A stretch of DNA of 64,000 bases from the human T2T-CHM13v2.0 reference genome, Homo sapiens (GCF_009914755.1 NC_060933.1); one strand, 5' to 3'. Shown: positions 1 through 16,894, numbered from the stretch's first letter. Numbers and translations are program-made. The notes: generated by a model not told the origin, from the letters alone.

Positions 1-410
1 TTAACTACTATGAAAGGTTTTTAAGAATTTACCTTAAGTGAAACATAAAGTTATTAATGTTTTACATTAATTACACATTAAACTATAATATAGTTTTAAT
101 AAAATTTTATGTAAATTAAAACAATTGAAAAATAAAATGTCATGTTAAAATTATTTTTGCTACAGTAGTGAAATCATTATATAATTCTTTTAAAATGTCT
201 TTATAAGTGGAATAAATGTTTATTCTGTAGTTTTTGTAAGCTTGCCTTAAATAGACCTGCTAAATTACGTACTAGTCCTAACAGATTCCTCAAGACAGAA
301 AAGGCATGAAAGCTTATTATTACAGTGATAGTTCTTAGTGAAAGAATATGTTTTTAGAAACTAAAAAAAGGGAAAAGATAACTAAAGAAATGATGGAATG
401 ATTTTTATGA

Positions 411-730
<320 letters not shown>

Positions 731-1282
731 TGGAAGTTTTAAACAGATACTTTTTTGTGATTTAGTAGGCTGGAATGTATTTGGAACAATTTATAAAATT
801 AAATTTTTTTTAAAGCAGAGAATGAACATGGATTTTTTTAAGAGACTATTTATATACTTGTTTATTTAAAGATATATAATGCAGTGTAGAATTAAGAGAC
901 AAATGGAGAAGTGGTACTCATGACATTCATTTTTAGGATTGGATTGTCATAATCTGAGAAAGAACAGTGTTACTTGTAGCACTGAAAATGAGTTTAAATC
1001 ACTAATTGAAACCACTTCATCAAAGGCCAAAAGTGGATTAAATGTGGGTTTTTTCTCAAAGTCACAAAATAGTTAATAGTAATAGAAAATAGAGTCGAAG
1101 AAATAAATTCTAATTACCACATGCTTTTGTACTGGGAGCAAGCAGCTAAATAGTTTACAAGTGTTGAACATTTTTTAATTCATTAAGAACCATGTTGATT
1201 TTGCTATACTTAAGAACTTAAGTCATTATATGTTAAGTTTAAAAACAAGCAGAATCGTGAGGAAACCTTGTATCATCTAGGT

Positions 1283-1530
1283 TTTTTTATTCAACTGTGG
1301 TAAAATATAACAAACTTCCAGTTTAATCATTTTAAGTGTACAGTTCAATAACATTATAGTTACATTGTTTTGCAGCTATCACCATCATATAAGTGGAATC
1401 CTATGGTATTTGTCTTTTTGTGACTGGCTTATTTCACTTAGCATAATGTCATCGAGGTTCATCTGTCTATGTTATAGCTTGTGCCAGAATTTGCTGAACT
1501 TTTAAGACTGAATACTATCCTATTTTCCTA
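1283..1530 (-). mobile_element. Old L1 (L1MB-like) 3' end fragment
   Basis: Typical L1MB 3' motifs: ttttaagtgtacagttca, tgactggcttatttcacttagcataatgtc. Confidence 0.7.
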
Positions 1531-2559
1531 TCTAGTTTTAGCATACATAGTACATAATGGGAAATGTGATAGCCACACATTTAAATATGTTTTGTTACTG
1601 GTCTTAGTTTCTTTTAATATTACAGTGATCCTGACTGTTTAGAACACAAGAATTAAGCAGAAAAAGTCTCAATAGGTGCGTGTGTTTGAGGAATAGATAC
1701 TTGAAGCCTATCATTATATTGCATACAGTCCTTTTGTTTTTCCTTAAAGTCTTTTATTCCTAATATTACATAGGATTCTAATGATATTTATGATTGTTTT
1801 ATTTGAAGTTAATAGAGGACAACTATGAAAAGGGAGGGAATGCTGCTACAGTAAGGCATTATGGAAGCACTGAGAAATGACCTTATTAATACAAAGAAGG
1901 GAAAGGAAAAAGCTATTAAGATCAAAAGCAAGAATAAAAACTAAAAAGCAGAGAAGGGCTTGGTACTGTTTAGAATAAAGTATAAGTAGCTGTTCTTGGC
2001 AGTAGGAACCTTGAAGGGAAGTTACATTGCAATATTATTTTGATAACAATTAAGGAAAATATTAAATGAGTATACCACTTTTAAAAATACATTTTTATCT
2101 AGATTGGTTATTATAAAGTTTTGGTGCTTAAGACTCTAAATTTTCACCTTTGTGAAGCTCCAGTTTATCCAGAATAACTGAAGATCCAGAATGATCTCAG
2201 GATTTCAGCTCATTTTAGTTTTAGAACAGTAATAATCTGCAGAATATTATATTGGCTGTTAAGAAAGTTAAGCTAAATAGGAAAAGAAGGGAGTAATGCT
2301 ACTAGTATTTTTTAAAAACCTATCACCTTTCACTAACCTTTTTCCTAGTGTCTTCTTTATTAGTTCAAATCAAAAAGACAAGGCAGCTCATTGGTTTTAG
2401 AGTTTGTTTATGCCTGTGGCAAATTATGTTGAATTTAAGCCTTGTCTTCCACTAAAACAGCTACCTTTTGTCCTTGGGAAAGTTATGAACTAAACAGGTA
2501 GCGAGCATTGAGAGGCCTTAGGAGAAGACTAAAAATCATGTATGATTTTTACACATGTA

Positions 2560-3337
2560 CAGTTGACCCTTGAACACCACTGAGCTTAGGAGTGCTGGCC
2601 TCTCCCCTACAGTCAGAAATCTGCATATACCTTTTGACTTGCCCAAAACTTACCTACTAATAGCCTACTCTTGACCAGAAGCCTTACTGATAACGTAAAC
2701 AGTGGATTAATACATGTTTTATATGTTACATGTATGATATACTGTATTAAAGTAAGCTAGAGAAACTATTAAGAAAATCATGGCCAGGTGTGGTGGCTGA
2801 TGCCTGTAATCCCATCGCCTTGGGAGGCCAAGGTGGGCGGATCGCTTGAGCTCAGGTGTTGGAGACCTGTCTGGGTAACATGGCGAAACTTTGTCTCTAC
2901 AAAAAAAAAAAATACAAAAATTTAGCAGGGAGTGGTAGTGTGAGCCCGTAGTCCCAGCTACCTGGTGTTGGGGGCGGGGGCAGTGGCTGAGGCAGGAGCC
3001 TTGGGAGGTTGAGGCTGCAGTGAGCTGTGATCATACCACTGCACTCCAGTCTGGGCGATAGAGTGAGAACCTCTCTCAAAAAGAAACAAAAGAAAATCAC
3101 GAGAGAGAATATTTTTAGTGTTCATTAAGTGTAAGTGGATCATCATAAAGGTCTTCATCCTTGTCTTCACACTGAATAGGCTGAGAAAGAGAAAGGGTTG
3201 GTATTGCGGTCTCAAGGTGGCAGAGATGGAGGAGGTAGAAGGAGAGGCAGGCACACTCAGTGTAACTTATATTGAAAAAAATTATCATGTAAGTGGACCC
3301 AGTGCAGTTCAAACCCTTGTTGTTCAAGGGTCAACTA
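2560..3337. mobile_element. Tigger2-family (MER28/Tigger2a-like) DNA transposon, split by an Alu
   Basis: Terminal inverted repeats TA|CAGTTGACCCTTGAACA (2560) and TGTTCAAGGGTCAACT (3321-3336). Confidence 0.85.
2782..3090 (+). mobile_element. AluJ-like SINE inserted in the Tigger2 element
   Basis: Dimeric Alu with J-type GAGGCTGCAGTGAGCTGTGATC; TSD AAGAAAATCA at 2771 and 3090. Confidence 0.88.
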
Positions 3338-3601
3338 ATTGTTTTTTTGCTCTGTGGGAAGCTTTATGGCTCTATTTCCAGTTCAGAAAGTGCTGAGCGT
3401 GTGGAGGTAACTTAATTTGGCCTTTATTTTTCTGCTTAATTACATATATGTCTGAAAGTATTGTGAACCTTTTTGTACTTGGATCTGTTGATTTGTAGTC
3501 AATTTTGGGATTTTCCTCCCTCTTCTAAAAATACAGTACAACAGAATATTTGACATGTTTATAAATAAACATTTATACTGCCATTTCAAGAACATTATTT
3601 T

Positions 3602-3730
3602 GGGCTGGATGTAGTAGTTTATGCCTGTAATCCTAGCGCTTTGGGAGCCCGTGGTGGGAGGATTGCTTCAGGCCCGGAGTTCAAGACCAGCCTGGGCAAG
3701 GTAGCAAGACCCTGTCTTTAAAATTAAAGA
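3602..3730 (+). mobile_element. FLAM/AluJ left monomer
   Basis: Single monomer ending GACCCTGTCT plus A-rich tail; imperfect TSD AAGAA(C/A)ATTATTT. Confidence 0.8.
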
Positions 3731-3820
3731 AAATTATTTTATTAATGCTTTTAAGTGGTATTAGGTACCTTAAAGTTACAACTTAGGTACATAAAGTTTT
3801 TTTGGGAAAATGATACGGTT

Positions 3821-3865
3821 TATATCTATATATATATATATATATATCTATATATCTATATATAT
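3821..3865. repeat. Interrupted (TA)n microsatellite
   Basis: tatatctatatatatatatatatatatctatatatctatatatat. Confidence 0.95.
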
Positions 3866-4153
3866 TTCAAATTTTTTATTTTATATTAACTTGATATGAA
3901 GATGGAAATTGTTGGGTAAAATTAATTGTGGTTGATAGTTAAGATTAACATACGCTGTCATGAGCTTTGAAAGAGTAACCATGAGTCAGATTGTTAATAT
4001 TGATCATTTATTGTGTCATTTTACAAAATTATTTTCAAGTTATAGGTTGTTATTAGTGCTATGTTTGTGGCATCCTGTAACGGTACAGTCTAATTAGAGA
4101 TCAGGCAGTATGTAGTATTTTATTGTAATTATTTTGTCTTTTAATGTGTTTAG

Positions 4154-4422
4154 CCCAAAGCAGTGTCCACACCAGCACCAGCTACAACTCAGCAGTCAGC
4201 TCCTGCCAGCACTACAGCAGTTACTTCCTCCACCACCACAACTGTGGCTCAGGCTCCAACCCCTGTCCCTGCCTTGGCCCCCACTTCCACACCTGCATCC
4301 ATCACTCCAGCATCAGCGACAGCATCTTCTGAACCTGCACCTGCTAGTGCAGCTAAACAAGAGAAGCCTGCAGAAAAGCCAGCAGAGACACCAGTGGCTA
4401 CTAGCCCAACAGCAACTGACAG
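4154..4422 (+). CDS. RAD23B: RAD23B coding exon (exon 4, ~aa 77-166), Pro/Ala/Thr/Ser-rich linker after the UBL domain
   Basis: Acceptor tgtttag|CCC and donor AG|gtagga; 269 nt; translates PKAVSTPAPATTQQSAPAS...ATSPTATD, identical to recalled human RAD23B. Confidence 0.98.
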
Positions 4423-5956
4423 GTAGGAACTGGATTCTAGGACATTCTATCTCAAAATCCGTGTTTAACAGGAACTTCATGCATTTATTTTGATTATTGT
4501 TTTGATCAAACCGACTATATCTATTACGTTAAGCTTTTTTTAAATGTTTGACTAAAACATATGCTGCGTCTGTTTTGATAGCTTACTAAGGAGAATATAA
4601 GTACAAATTTTCATAATCAGATTTCTGTACTCTGTTGATTTGGGCAGGGTGGGGGGCAGTGGAAAGGAGAAAGCAGGTGAAAGTCATTTTTTTTTTTTGA
4701 GTAGAAACGTTAGGAAATACAAATAACCAAAATGAATAAGGATTACATCATGACATTGCCACCCTGATCATCATTTGTACTTGATCTGTATTCTTTGTGG
4801 TCATTGTCATATATATCATAAGCATCCTTCCATGTTAGTAAATCTTTCCCGTAGTTATATAGCATTGTGTTTGGTTCTGACATTTGTTAGCTCTTGTAAC
4901 CTGAACCTATGGACTATTTCAGTTTTTCACTGTTGTATCTGTATCTTTGTGAACTTGTGAGAAATTCAGGCTTCTGCCTGTGTGGATCTTTAGGGGAAAA
5001 AAAAGGAAAAGAGTGTTGAGATATTTGAGGAGCAAGAAATAATTTCTTGTGGGAAGTTGACAGCAGAGACACCTCAACTAAGTGGCTGCTTAGGCAGTTA
5101 GGATTATTGAGCAGTTTAAGACAAGACTTTTGTTTTTCTCCCCAGACGATCAGGTAAAATGACCAAAGCAAATGCTTAAGTCAGAGTTCTCTTGGTTGGA
5201 AATCATACAGCACAATTCCTTGATCTAAGAGCATGAGTTATATTATGACCAGCCTTCACTGGCACTACAGCTGTTTGTATTTTGTGACTTAGTGCAACTC
5301 AGGACCTCAGAGGCAGTAGTTATATGATCTTTGGAGTCAGAATCAGACACAGTGGAAAACTATGCAGTGACTGGAAGGGTTTACAGACATGGAAAGGGGT
5401 TAAGATATATATGACAATGATCAGAAAGATATAGTTGTGATCCTTCATTTTAGTGTTCTGCCTTTGAGTGTGGTTTCTGTGTCTGACTTAGTCAACCATG
5501 TTTGGAGGAGTCTGAGCCACCTGGTTCATTGCTTACTTGGGGGTCTCTTTCTAAATAATTGATTCCCTAAGAAGACAACATGGGTTTAGGCAATAGAATA
5601 TTTGCCCTGTTACTTGCCTAGAACACTGCTTTAAGCATTCTATGACACCATTGCCTAACTTGATCCATCTTTCCCATGTACAACTAGAAATGCATTCAAC
5701 CATCTTATCCTAGTGGATACCACCTAGAGTCAGGTTAAGCTGTTACATCAAAGGGCTGTTGATCAGGTCTGTATATGAGAGGGAACTTACGCATTTAAAA
5801 AATTGGTTTACTAAAGCACTTAAATATTACAAACTTAATATGTCTTAAGTCAGCACAATACATCTTATTCTCTTAATTGCTTTAAGCTCCTTTTTAAAAA
5901 AAAAAAGCTTACAGTGTGAGAATTTTAGAGTTGATCAATACATTTTAATGTGCTAA

Positions 5957-6397
<441 letters not shown>

Positions 6398-6886
6398 TAA
6401 GTAACTTGATGGTCAGTGATCCAGGAAAGCAGACACTAGAGTTTGTTACTTAGTTGGACTTTGTACACCAACTGCTTACTCTTATTTCTCAAAATTTTAC
6501 CTCAGAAATACAACACAGGAAGAGAGGAATGAGGGAAACTCAGAAAACAAGCTGCTTAAATGTGTCTTAGTTCCTTTGTCTTTGCTGGAAAATATCTAGT
6601 GTCTTGTGAAGCACAAAACCTAGTGAATAATTATCAGGAGATAAGCTGTTAAGACTTTGTGGAGTGACTTTGTGGGAAGTCTGTTTAGGACCACTGACCT
6701 GACGTTTTGTTATTAGGGATTTGTTTCTTTAGGTCAATTTTGTTCTTTTAAAAATTGTCTGTTACAGTGCAAATTCCACTTGATATCTACCTGAGAGAAA
6801 CTGCACTTGTGCACATGACTGTATTGTTTGTAGTAAAGGACAAATTGGAATCCTAAATTGACCTGTGGTTTATTCGTAGTAGAGAA

Positions 6887-7071
6887 CAGGACTACTCAAA
6901 GTGTGGTAGTCAATAGGCTGCATCAGCATCACTGGGAGTGTGTTTGACATGAATTCTTGGGCCACCCTGGACCTGTAAATCAGAATTATCTGGGAGTGGA
7001 TCCCAGAAATCAACAAGCCCTCCTGGTGAATACTTGGGATTCTCGGACTTTGTAAAATTTGAGAAACCCTG
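6887..7071. mobile_element. MER5A-like hAT-Charlie MITE
   Basis: ctcaaagtgtgg...catcagcatcactggga...tttgagaaaccctg. Confidence 0.7.
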
Positions 7072-7422
7072 ATAGCTGATACTACAAGACAGTTAAAGTA
7101 TGTAATGTATAAGCATGTTAAATGAGTGTGGTTTTGAGGCTTTGTTATTGAGTGAAAAAAGCAGGTTGCAGAAGAGTATAGGCAATAACCATAAACCAGA
7201 CAAAACCCATAAACAACATTGTTCATTTTCTGTGGGTATGCATGTTAATGTGTAGAAGAAAAGAAGGCAAGCGTTGACATATAACTAATGAGTGGTTTCC
7301 TCTGTGGTTGGAGAGGGGAGAAGTAGTGAGACAGAATCAAGATTAAAGAATAATGGTTAAAGTCTATGTACATCCAGTCTTATCTGTGGTGTTTAAAGAG
7401 AACTTTTTAAAAACAATGTGTG

Positions 7423-7777
<355 letters not shown>

Positions 7778-7789
7778 TTAAAATGTATT

Positions 7790-8400
7790 ATACAGTAATG
7801 ATTAAAACAGTTTGGAATGGCTCATATTAGAAAGATTGGTCAGCGAAATCAACAATAGCTTTGAAATAGACCCAGATAGATACAGGAACTTAATATAAAG
7901 GTACAGTTTCAGAACAATGTGGGGAAAATGCTATTGAGATCTCACCATCTAGAATGAAAAAAGAATGACCCCTCATACTGTACACCTGCAAAAATAAATT
8001 ATAGATGGATACGGATTTAATGTAAAAGCAAAGCCATAAGCTAATGGAGAACAAGGAAACAAAAGAATAGTCTTCACTGTGAGAAGTCATTCTTAAGCAA
8101 GACAACCAAAAAAAAAATTATAACAGGAAAGATTGATAAATTTGACTATAGAAAGAATTTAAATGCAGGAAACCAAACTACACATTGCTTAATAAGAGCT
8201 TGATTTGGTCTTTTAAATGGAATACTGTGCACATTTGGGAAGAAATTGAAGTAGATTTGATTGTGCCGACATAGAATGATTGTTAAGTTAAAAAAACACC
8301 AAAGCAAGACACAAGTTGTTATTCTTTTAAATAGAAATTGGTGTCATAGTGGTTGTCTCTGGGTTAGGGGTAGGAAAAATTTAGTTTTTATGTATTGTGC
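7790..8400 (+). mobile_element. Highly diverged L1M fragment
   Basis: A-rich ORF2-end-like motifs (attaaaacagtttggaatgg, gaaatagaccca, gattgataaatttgact). Confidence 0.5.
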
Positions 8401-8489
8401 GTTTTGAAATTTTATTTTCTCTGCATTAGTTTTACAGTATATTTAATGAAGAACTTAAATTATACCAAGGGATTATATTAATCATAGTA

Positions 8490-8670
8490 TTCTTATTGGG
8501 TGTTACGATGCCAGACACTTTGCTAAGCACTGTACTAGTGTAGCCCTACCCACAACACTTTGGAGTATATGATACGGTCGTTGACATTGTACTGATGAAG
8601 AAACAGGCTTAGAAAGGTTAAGTAATTTATGCATCCAAACTTGAGTTTTCTGCTCTTATTATGTACTACC
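8490..8670 (-). mobile_element. MIR
   Basis: gatgaagaaacaggcttagaaaggttaagtaa, the MIR core in reverse. Confidence 0.65.
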
Positions 8671-9454
8671 AAGGGCTTTCTCAGAACTGAAATATAATGT
8701 GTGTGTTGTTTTTAATTGAGATACAGGTCTAAGTGTGTATGTGTGTCTGCTTTAATTTAAACTTCTAACTACTACCTTTACCACTGTTGTAAACTTAAGT
8801 TTATATTTCTTTGGCTTGCTCTTGGTCTTTCATAATTTTCTGTCTTTTATTGCAGACTTCTCTGTAGTTTCCCAACAGAAACTTAATCTCTTTAAACTGA
8901 TTTTCATTACATTCAAACTTGGATTTAACCCATATCTACCTTTTTTGCATATGCTATATTTCTTTATTTGAATATCTTCTTTCAGTGTCCTCATTCAGAA
9001 CTTACCTATAAGACTTCATTATGTAAAGACTTTATAGCCTAATTTGGTTTCTCCATGTGCTATTTTGTATATTGCTTTTGATATTTCTTCTGGTGTGACT
9101 TGATTTATAAATTATTTAACTTCTCATGTAAATTATTTCAGGTAAATAATTGTGCATTATCTTTTTTGTATTCAATAGATAGCTGTTAGGATATTATTTT
9201 ATATATTTTGATATTTAAAGTGATGGAGTCTCAGAATAGAAGGAGTACCAAGATTGAAAATTTTTCCCAAACCACAAATGTTGTAGATAAAGCTTTTGGA
9301 TTTAATCTAGAAGAGACAGTTTAAATACTGTAGTCAGACTTTTATATTTAATTAAAATCAAAGAATCTGTTTACCAATTGGATAGTTACTAAACTAATGT
9401 AAATTAAATTTTATATACTTTTTAAAATGTGATTTTTCTAAAATCCTTTTGTAG

Positions 9455-9510
9455 TACATCGGGTGATTCTTCTCGGTCAAACCTTTTTGAAGATGCAACG
9501 AGTGCACTTG
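9455..9510 (+). CDS. RAD23B: RAD23B coding exon (exon 5, ~aa 166-185)
   Basis: Acceptor cttttgtag|T and donor G|gtaagt; 56 nt; (S)TSGDSSRSNLFEDATSAL(V); phases match both neighbouring exons; too short for the ORF track. Confidence 0.97.
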
Positions 9511-10437
9511 GTAAGTATCTGCTTTTCCTTATAAATAACCTATAAAGAGATAGGAAAGAGGTTTCACTTTTCTAGATCATGATAAAAGTGTTAATAATTT
9601 GCATGGTTGTTTATAATCAAGCTGTAAGATGATTGATTTAGGTAATTATTCAATTAATAGTGTTACTAAAGACTTTTAATGTTTATGTATTGAGTTCTTT
9701 AAAACTTGCTCTGAGTTGAGCCTACTTGGTTAAAGCAAATAAATTTCCATTTTCCGGATGTGAATTTTAAATGTGATCCTAACATGGTTGATCTGTGTAT
9801 GGATTTATTACAAAGGGTCTTTGAAATGGGTATGAAATTTTTCTAAGATCTGCCTCACACTTCATGTGTATTCACCATTAGACTTAATTCAACTTGATGG
9901 CACTATACATTCCCATCTACATCTTGTTGCTTGCATTGGCTTGCAGCAAAAATGCCTTTTTATCCCAACTTTTAATTTTACCTACTGAATAATGCCTTTC
10001 CATCTCCCATCACCCCAATCTGTCAAAATGAAGCAGCATTTTTTTTCTCCCATTGTAGCATCTCTGATACAGTTCCTGCTAATTACTGGTTTATTGGCTG
10101 GCAACTCCATTCCTAGTTTGTTACTTTTAAATGGCAGGGAGGGAGAAAGCGAGGAATAGGTAGAAACAGCAGCTTTGGTGCAGTACAGGCTTCTGGATTC
10201 CTGCTTAGCTTCTACAGCAGCAGGGTTCCAGCAGCAGTACCACCTCCTAGCATCTGAGTTGGTTCTCTGAGCTAGTTGGACTGGAACTCCGTGATGCCCT
10301 TGTTGCTGTGGAAAATGGCATGTACATTTAGTGGCAAAACGGCAGTTTAAATTATCTTAAGATCGCCTGGGTGTGACAACCCCAGATTTTCATCTTTGAG
10401 GAGGAGTGTCCTAAAACCACTCTGCTATCAAATACAG

Positions 10438-10720
10438 TGTGAGTTAGTCTCTAGCCAGGAAAACAGAAACCACTCTATTTCAAAGAGGGAAAGGCTTAAT
10501 CTTAGGAAATTGTTAGGAATTGGAAGGGCTGGAAAATAGGATTACCCAGAGAGGCAGTAAACTGTCTGTGGCCTCGGCTCCAGCTGGAGCCAGCTAGCAC
10601 TTGCCCCTGATGGTGTTGAAGGCTCTGGCTGTGGTCACTGCTGCTGCAGCTGGAATGCATTGATGCTCCTGAGTTCCCGGGAGCCTGGGAGGCCATGCTG
10701 TAGCTGCTGCTACTCAAGCC
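10438..10720 (-). mobile_element. ERVL LTR fragment (LTR33-like)
   Basis: agccaggaaaacagaaaccactcta...ttggaagggctgga resembles the LTR33 end. Confidence 0.55.
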
Positions 10721-10958
10721 TCTTTGACGATGTCTTCCCATTCTCAGCTTTATGGTCTCGGGATCCCTCTACATTTTCATCTTTAATTTACCCAAGTCTC
10801 TATGTTGATTCCCTGCTTTTTTATTTTATTTTATTTTTCTGATTTATCTTGTTGCTGTACAAATTAACCTTGCTTCTTTAAACTTTCCTTCTTTGGCTGC
10901 TGTGACACCACTCTTTTCCTGATCCATACCTCAGGCTCTTCCTTCTCAAGCTTTCTAG

Positions 10959-11297
<339 letters not shown>

Positions 11298-11625
11298 AGT
11301 TAATTCGTTTTATTTTACCTGACTATTAAATGTATGAGTTTTCTATGGTTCCATTCTAGGTCATAGTTCAAAGTTTAAATTATGGGAATGACCAATACCA
11401 TCCATATACTATATAGATTCCCCAAATTACAGCTGCAGTACAGATCTCCCTCTGAACTCCCAAACTCGTATCTTCACATTGTCAACTAGAAAACTTTAGA
11501 ACCTCCATGACTTCAGGTTTCAAACTGACTCATTTTTTATTCCCCAGTCTGATTCTTTTCTTGTTCACTTCTTACTTGTACCATCATTCATTCATCCACC
11601 CTCTGCCTCTTTTGGCCCAGTAAGT

Positions 11626-11745
11626 CTGTTTCTTTTCTTTTCCTTTCTCCTCTCTCCTCTGTCCTCTCTCCTTTCTCCTTTCCTTTCTCCTTCCTTCCTC
11701 CTTCCTTCCTTTCTCCTTCCTTCCTCCTTCCCTTTCTTCCCCTCA
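11626..11745. repeat. CT-rich low-complexity polypyrimidine tract
   Basis: tttcctttctcctctctcctct...cttccttcct. Confidence 0.9.
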
Positions 11746-11970
11746 TTCCACAGTTACTAATGACTCTGTTTCTTAAAGTCTCTGGAATATTTGTTTTCAC
11801 TGTCATTTAGTTGCCTTAGTTCAGGTCCTTATTTCACTTGTACTCTTGCATTATCCTTATCCACCTGGTCTGCCTCTTCCTTACCAGAGTGGAAAGCAAC
11901 TCTCATGGGGTCTTTGTTAATTCTTTTAATAGTTCCTCATGACCTGGAAGATAAGTCCAAAGCTTATTCT

Positions 11971-13675
<1,705 letters not shown>

Positions 13676-13772
13676 TAATTTAACTAGGAAACATGATTTT
13701 AGGAGTCATAGTGTAATGATTAGGTGTGGAGACTCTTGACTGTCAGCCTGTGTTTGTATCTCTGCACCATGA

Positions 13773-14082
<310 letters not shown>

Positions 14083-14479
14083 CTTTACCAAATTATTAAT
14101 CTCTCCAAGCTGTACCCTCCTCATCTTTTAAAGGAGTTGAAATTAAACCTTTCTTATGAAGTAGTGAGAGAGAACTAAATGAGAAACACCATGTTAAAAT
14201 AGTGCAGTTCTGATTTTTTGTAGCTCGTAATTTCGTTTGTATTGATACTGATTTCTGTATCTGGGAATTAGGTTACTGAACATGTATTGCTACTTGAGTT
14301 GCTTTGTGCTCGAATTATATCAGTAGATAAGAAAATAAATAATTAAAATTTATTGTTTTATGGGATGGGAAAAGGAAAGTCATTATTTTAAGCAAGATAT
14401 CAAATGCTTAATCTGTTTGTGATATTTGGGGGTTTTTAGCTATTAAACACCTTTATTTTTGAAAATTCTGCAGAAAAAA

Positions 14480-15300
14480 ATTATTCAACAGATACTCGGT
14501 TTCAGCTGTGTATCAGGGAAACATGCAGAATGACATGGTTTCCTGCACAGTCAAACTTGCATTCAGTTGGGGCAAGAAAAAAATAATGAAACATTAAAAA
14601 AAAAAAAAGATAAGTGATATTAACACAAAGGGCTTCCCTAAAGAAAAAACAGAAGGCTACCTAGGATGACTAGGCAATGCCTTTTAAATATGGAACTGAA
14701 GCATGTTGAAGGAACTGGCCATCTAAGATGGCTGGTGTTGTGTAAAGGCCCTGGGGCAGGAAAAGGTGTGGCCTGCTGAAGTAACACCGGGAAGATGAGT
14801 GTGGTGGGTGGAGGATTGTTGAGGGCTGGGAGCCAGAAATAAAATGAGGGGTTTTGCGCACACGCGTGCGTGTGTGTGTGTGTGTGTGTGTGTGTTTACT
14901 TGACTTTTGCAACTGGCTGAAGAACAGATTATAGATATGGAGACAAGAGTTGGAAACAGGGTGTAATCCCATCTAGAGACTGTTGTGGGCTTGTCTTCAG
15001 TGATGACAGTAGAGAATGAAGAGATGGGTTTGGGGTGTAATTTAGAGATAGGACCTACCAGGTATGCTGGTAAGTGAGGTGTGGAAGGAAGAGGAAAAGG
15101 AACTGAAATCACCAGGGTTTTTGTCCAAGTGCTTAGGTAAATAGAGGTGCCATTTGTTTAAAGAGAGCAGACAGACAATGGTGGGACACATTTGAGAGGG
15201 AAATCTGAATTGCAATTAGTTGAGGAATGAGTGGAATGTGAGAAAGTGGACACATGTTCAATAGCTATGGCTGTGATGAGAAGACAGCAGATGGTTCCTC
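14480..15300 (-). mobile_element. L2 fragments
   Basis: Purine-rich L2-like motifs (gacatggtttcctgc, gatgacagtagagaatgaagagatggg). Confidence 0.5.
14855..14895. repeat. (TG)n microsatellite with GC/CA lead-in
   Basis: tgcgcacacgcgtgcg followed by ~12 TG units. Confidence 0.95.
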
Positions 15301-15885
15301 AAAGAGGAATTAGGATGAAGTCAAAGGTGGGAGGTGTGTTTTTGTTTTAGAGTGAAATATAGGACATAGTTAACTACTGACCCAGGATAATTACACAGAG
15401 GGGTAAAGATGTTGGTGGAGAAGAGGGAGGATAACCAAATCCAGTTTGGTTTGAGTGTGAGGCAACAATAAAGGTAATGGTCCCCAGAACACAAGCAGAA
15501 GAAAGGATAGTTTTAAGTGAGGTAAGTTTATGAGGAAAATAGGTTTCATTTATTCAGAGTGTTGTCTGTATTGAGAGGAGGGAGCATAGGAGTCTGTAAG
15601 AAGTGACTTGGAATATTAGCGCTTTGGGCATTTTACCAACTTTGTATAGTGTACAAGATTTTAACTTTCTAGCTCCTAACCTCTCTTTCCCCCGTTTCAG
15701 TTATATAAGGTATCAAAGGGAAACTGTGAACTTGTTCCATCGGAGTTGATGGTTTGAAATACCATCCCTTCCCCAGCATGTTTTCAGAATTTGGTGTCTC
15801 TTCTTACCAGTTGCCTTCCCTGACCTCCTGCTAATTCTCCCTTACCTTCATACCTCATTTTTCTATTGTACTCTGAAACATATTA

Positions 15886-16381
15886 TATGAGTTTCCTGTT
15901 GCTACTGTAGTAAGTTACCACAAACTTATTGGTGTAGAACAACACAGATTAACTGTCTTCTAGTACTGTAGGTTAGAAGTGTGACACAGGGCTCACTGTA
16001 CTAAAATCAGGGAGCCGGCATTCCTTTTTGGAGACTCCGGGGAAGAATTTTTTTCCTGATCCTGTCCTACCATACCTTGGCTGGTAGCCCCTTTCTGCAT
16101 CTTCAAAGGCAACAGCATAACATCTCTCATCCTGGTTTTGTCTCCTCCTCCTCACACCTGTTTCTCTGACCCTCTCATCTGCCTCCTCCTACTACTATTA
16201 AGGATTCATGTCATTACACTGGACCCACCTGGATAATCCAGAATGAGGTCTCTGTCTTAAAGTCAGCTGATTAGCAACCTTAATTTTATCTATAACCGCA
16301 ATTTCCCTTTGCCTTGTAACCTATTTATAGGTTCCAGGGATCAAACCAGAGGGCATCTTTGGGGGACCATTACCTACTACA
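15886..16381 (-). mobile_element. MLT1C/D-like MaLR solo LTR
   Basis: gttaccacaaactt...cacctggataatccag...ctgattagcaacctt...gggcatctttggggg. Confidence 0.8.
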
Positions 16382-16525
16382 TATATGTTGTAATTTATAC
16401 TGTTACTCATCTTTGTATTCCCAGCATAGTAGTTCCTGAAATGTTGTATACATGAATCAATAAATGTATAGAGAATGCTTATTTATTAAATGTTCCTTTT
16501 TTTCCCCTCCACCCTCCCTTTTTAG

Positions 16526-16653
16526 TGACGGGTCAGTCTTACGAGAATATGGTAACTGAGATCATGTCAATGGGCTATGAACGAGAGCAAGTAATTGCAG
16601 CCCTGAGAGCCAGTTTCAACAACCCTGACAGAGCAGTGGAGTATCTTTTAATG
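16526..16653 (+). CDS. RAD23B: RAD23B coding exon (exon 6), UBA1 domain
   Basis: Pyrimidine tract ...ccctttttag|TG, donor ATG|gtgaga; 128 nt; [42 protein letters not shown], with the MGY UBA motif. Confidence 0.98.
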
Positions 16654-16894
16654 GTGAGAAATATGTTTTACTTTACTCCATTCTGTTGTTTAAGATTAAA
16701 ATCTCAAAAAACAGATTTTAAAGGACCAGTTCACTTGTCACTGATATATGCTAGATGATATACATAATGCTTTTTTTTTTCTAGTATGTTTGTATTTTGT
16801 GTTAATAAAATGTAACCTTTTTAAATCTAATGGTCCAACATTGTAGTAGCTTTTTAGGTGCCACTATGCGTGAATTATTCAGAACAAAAATTTC

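Noticed and set aside
4134-4493. Alternative-frame ORFs (119 aa Q/L/P-rich, and 62 aa) overlapping exon 4
   Set aside because: Shadow frames of a low-complexity, stop-poor exon; they start in intronic sequence and the longer one uses a non-ATG start
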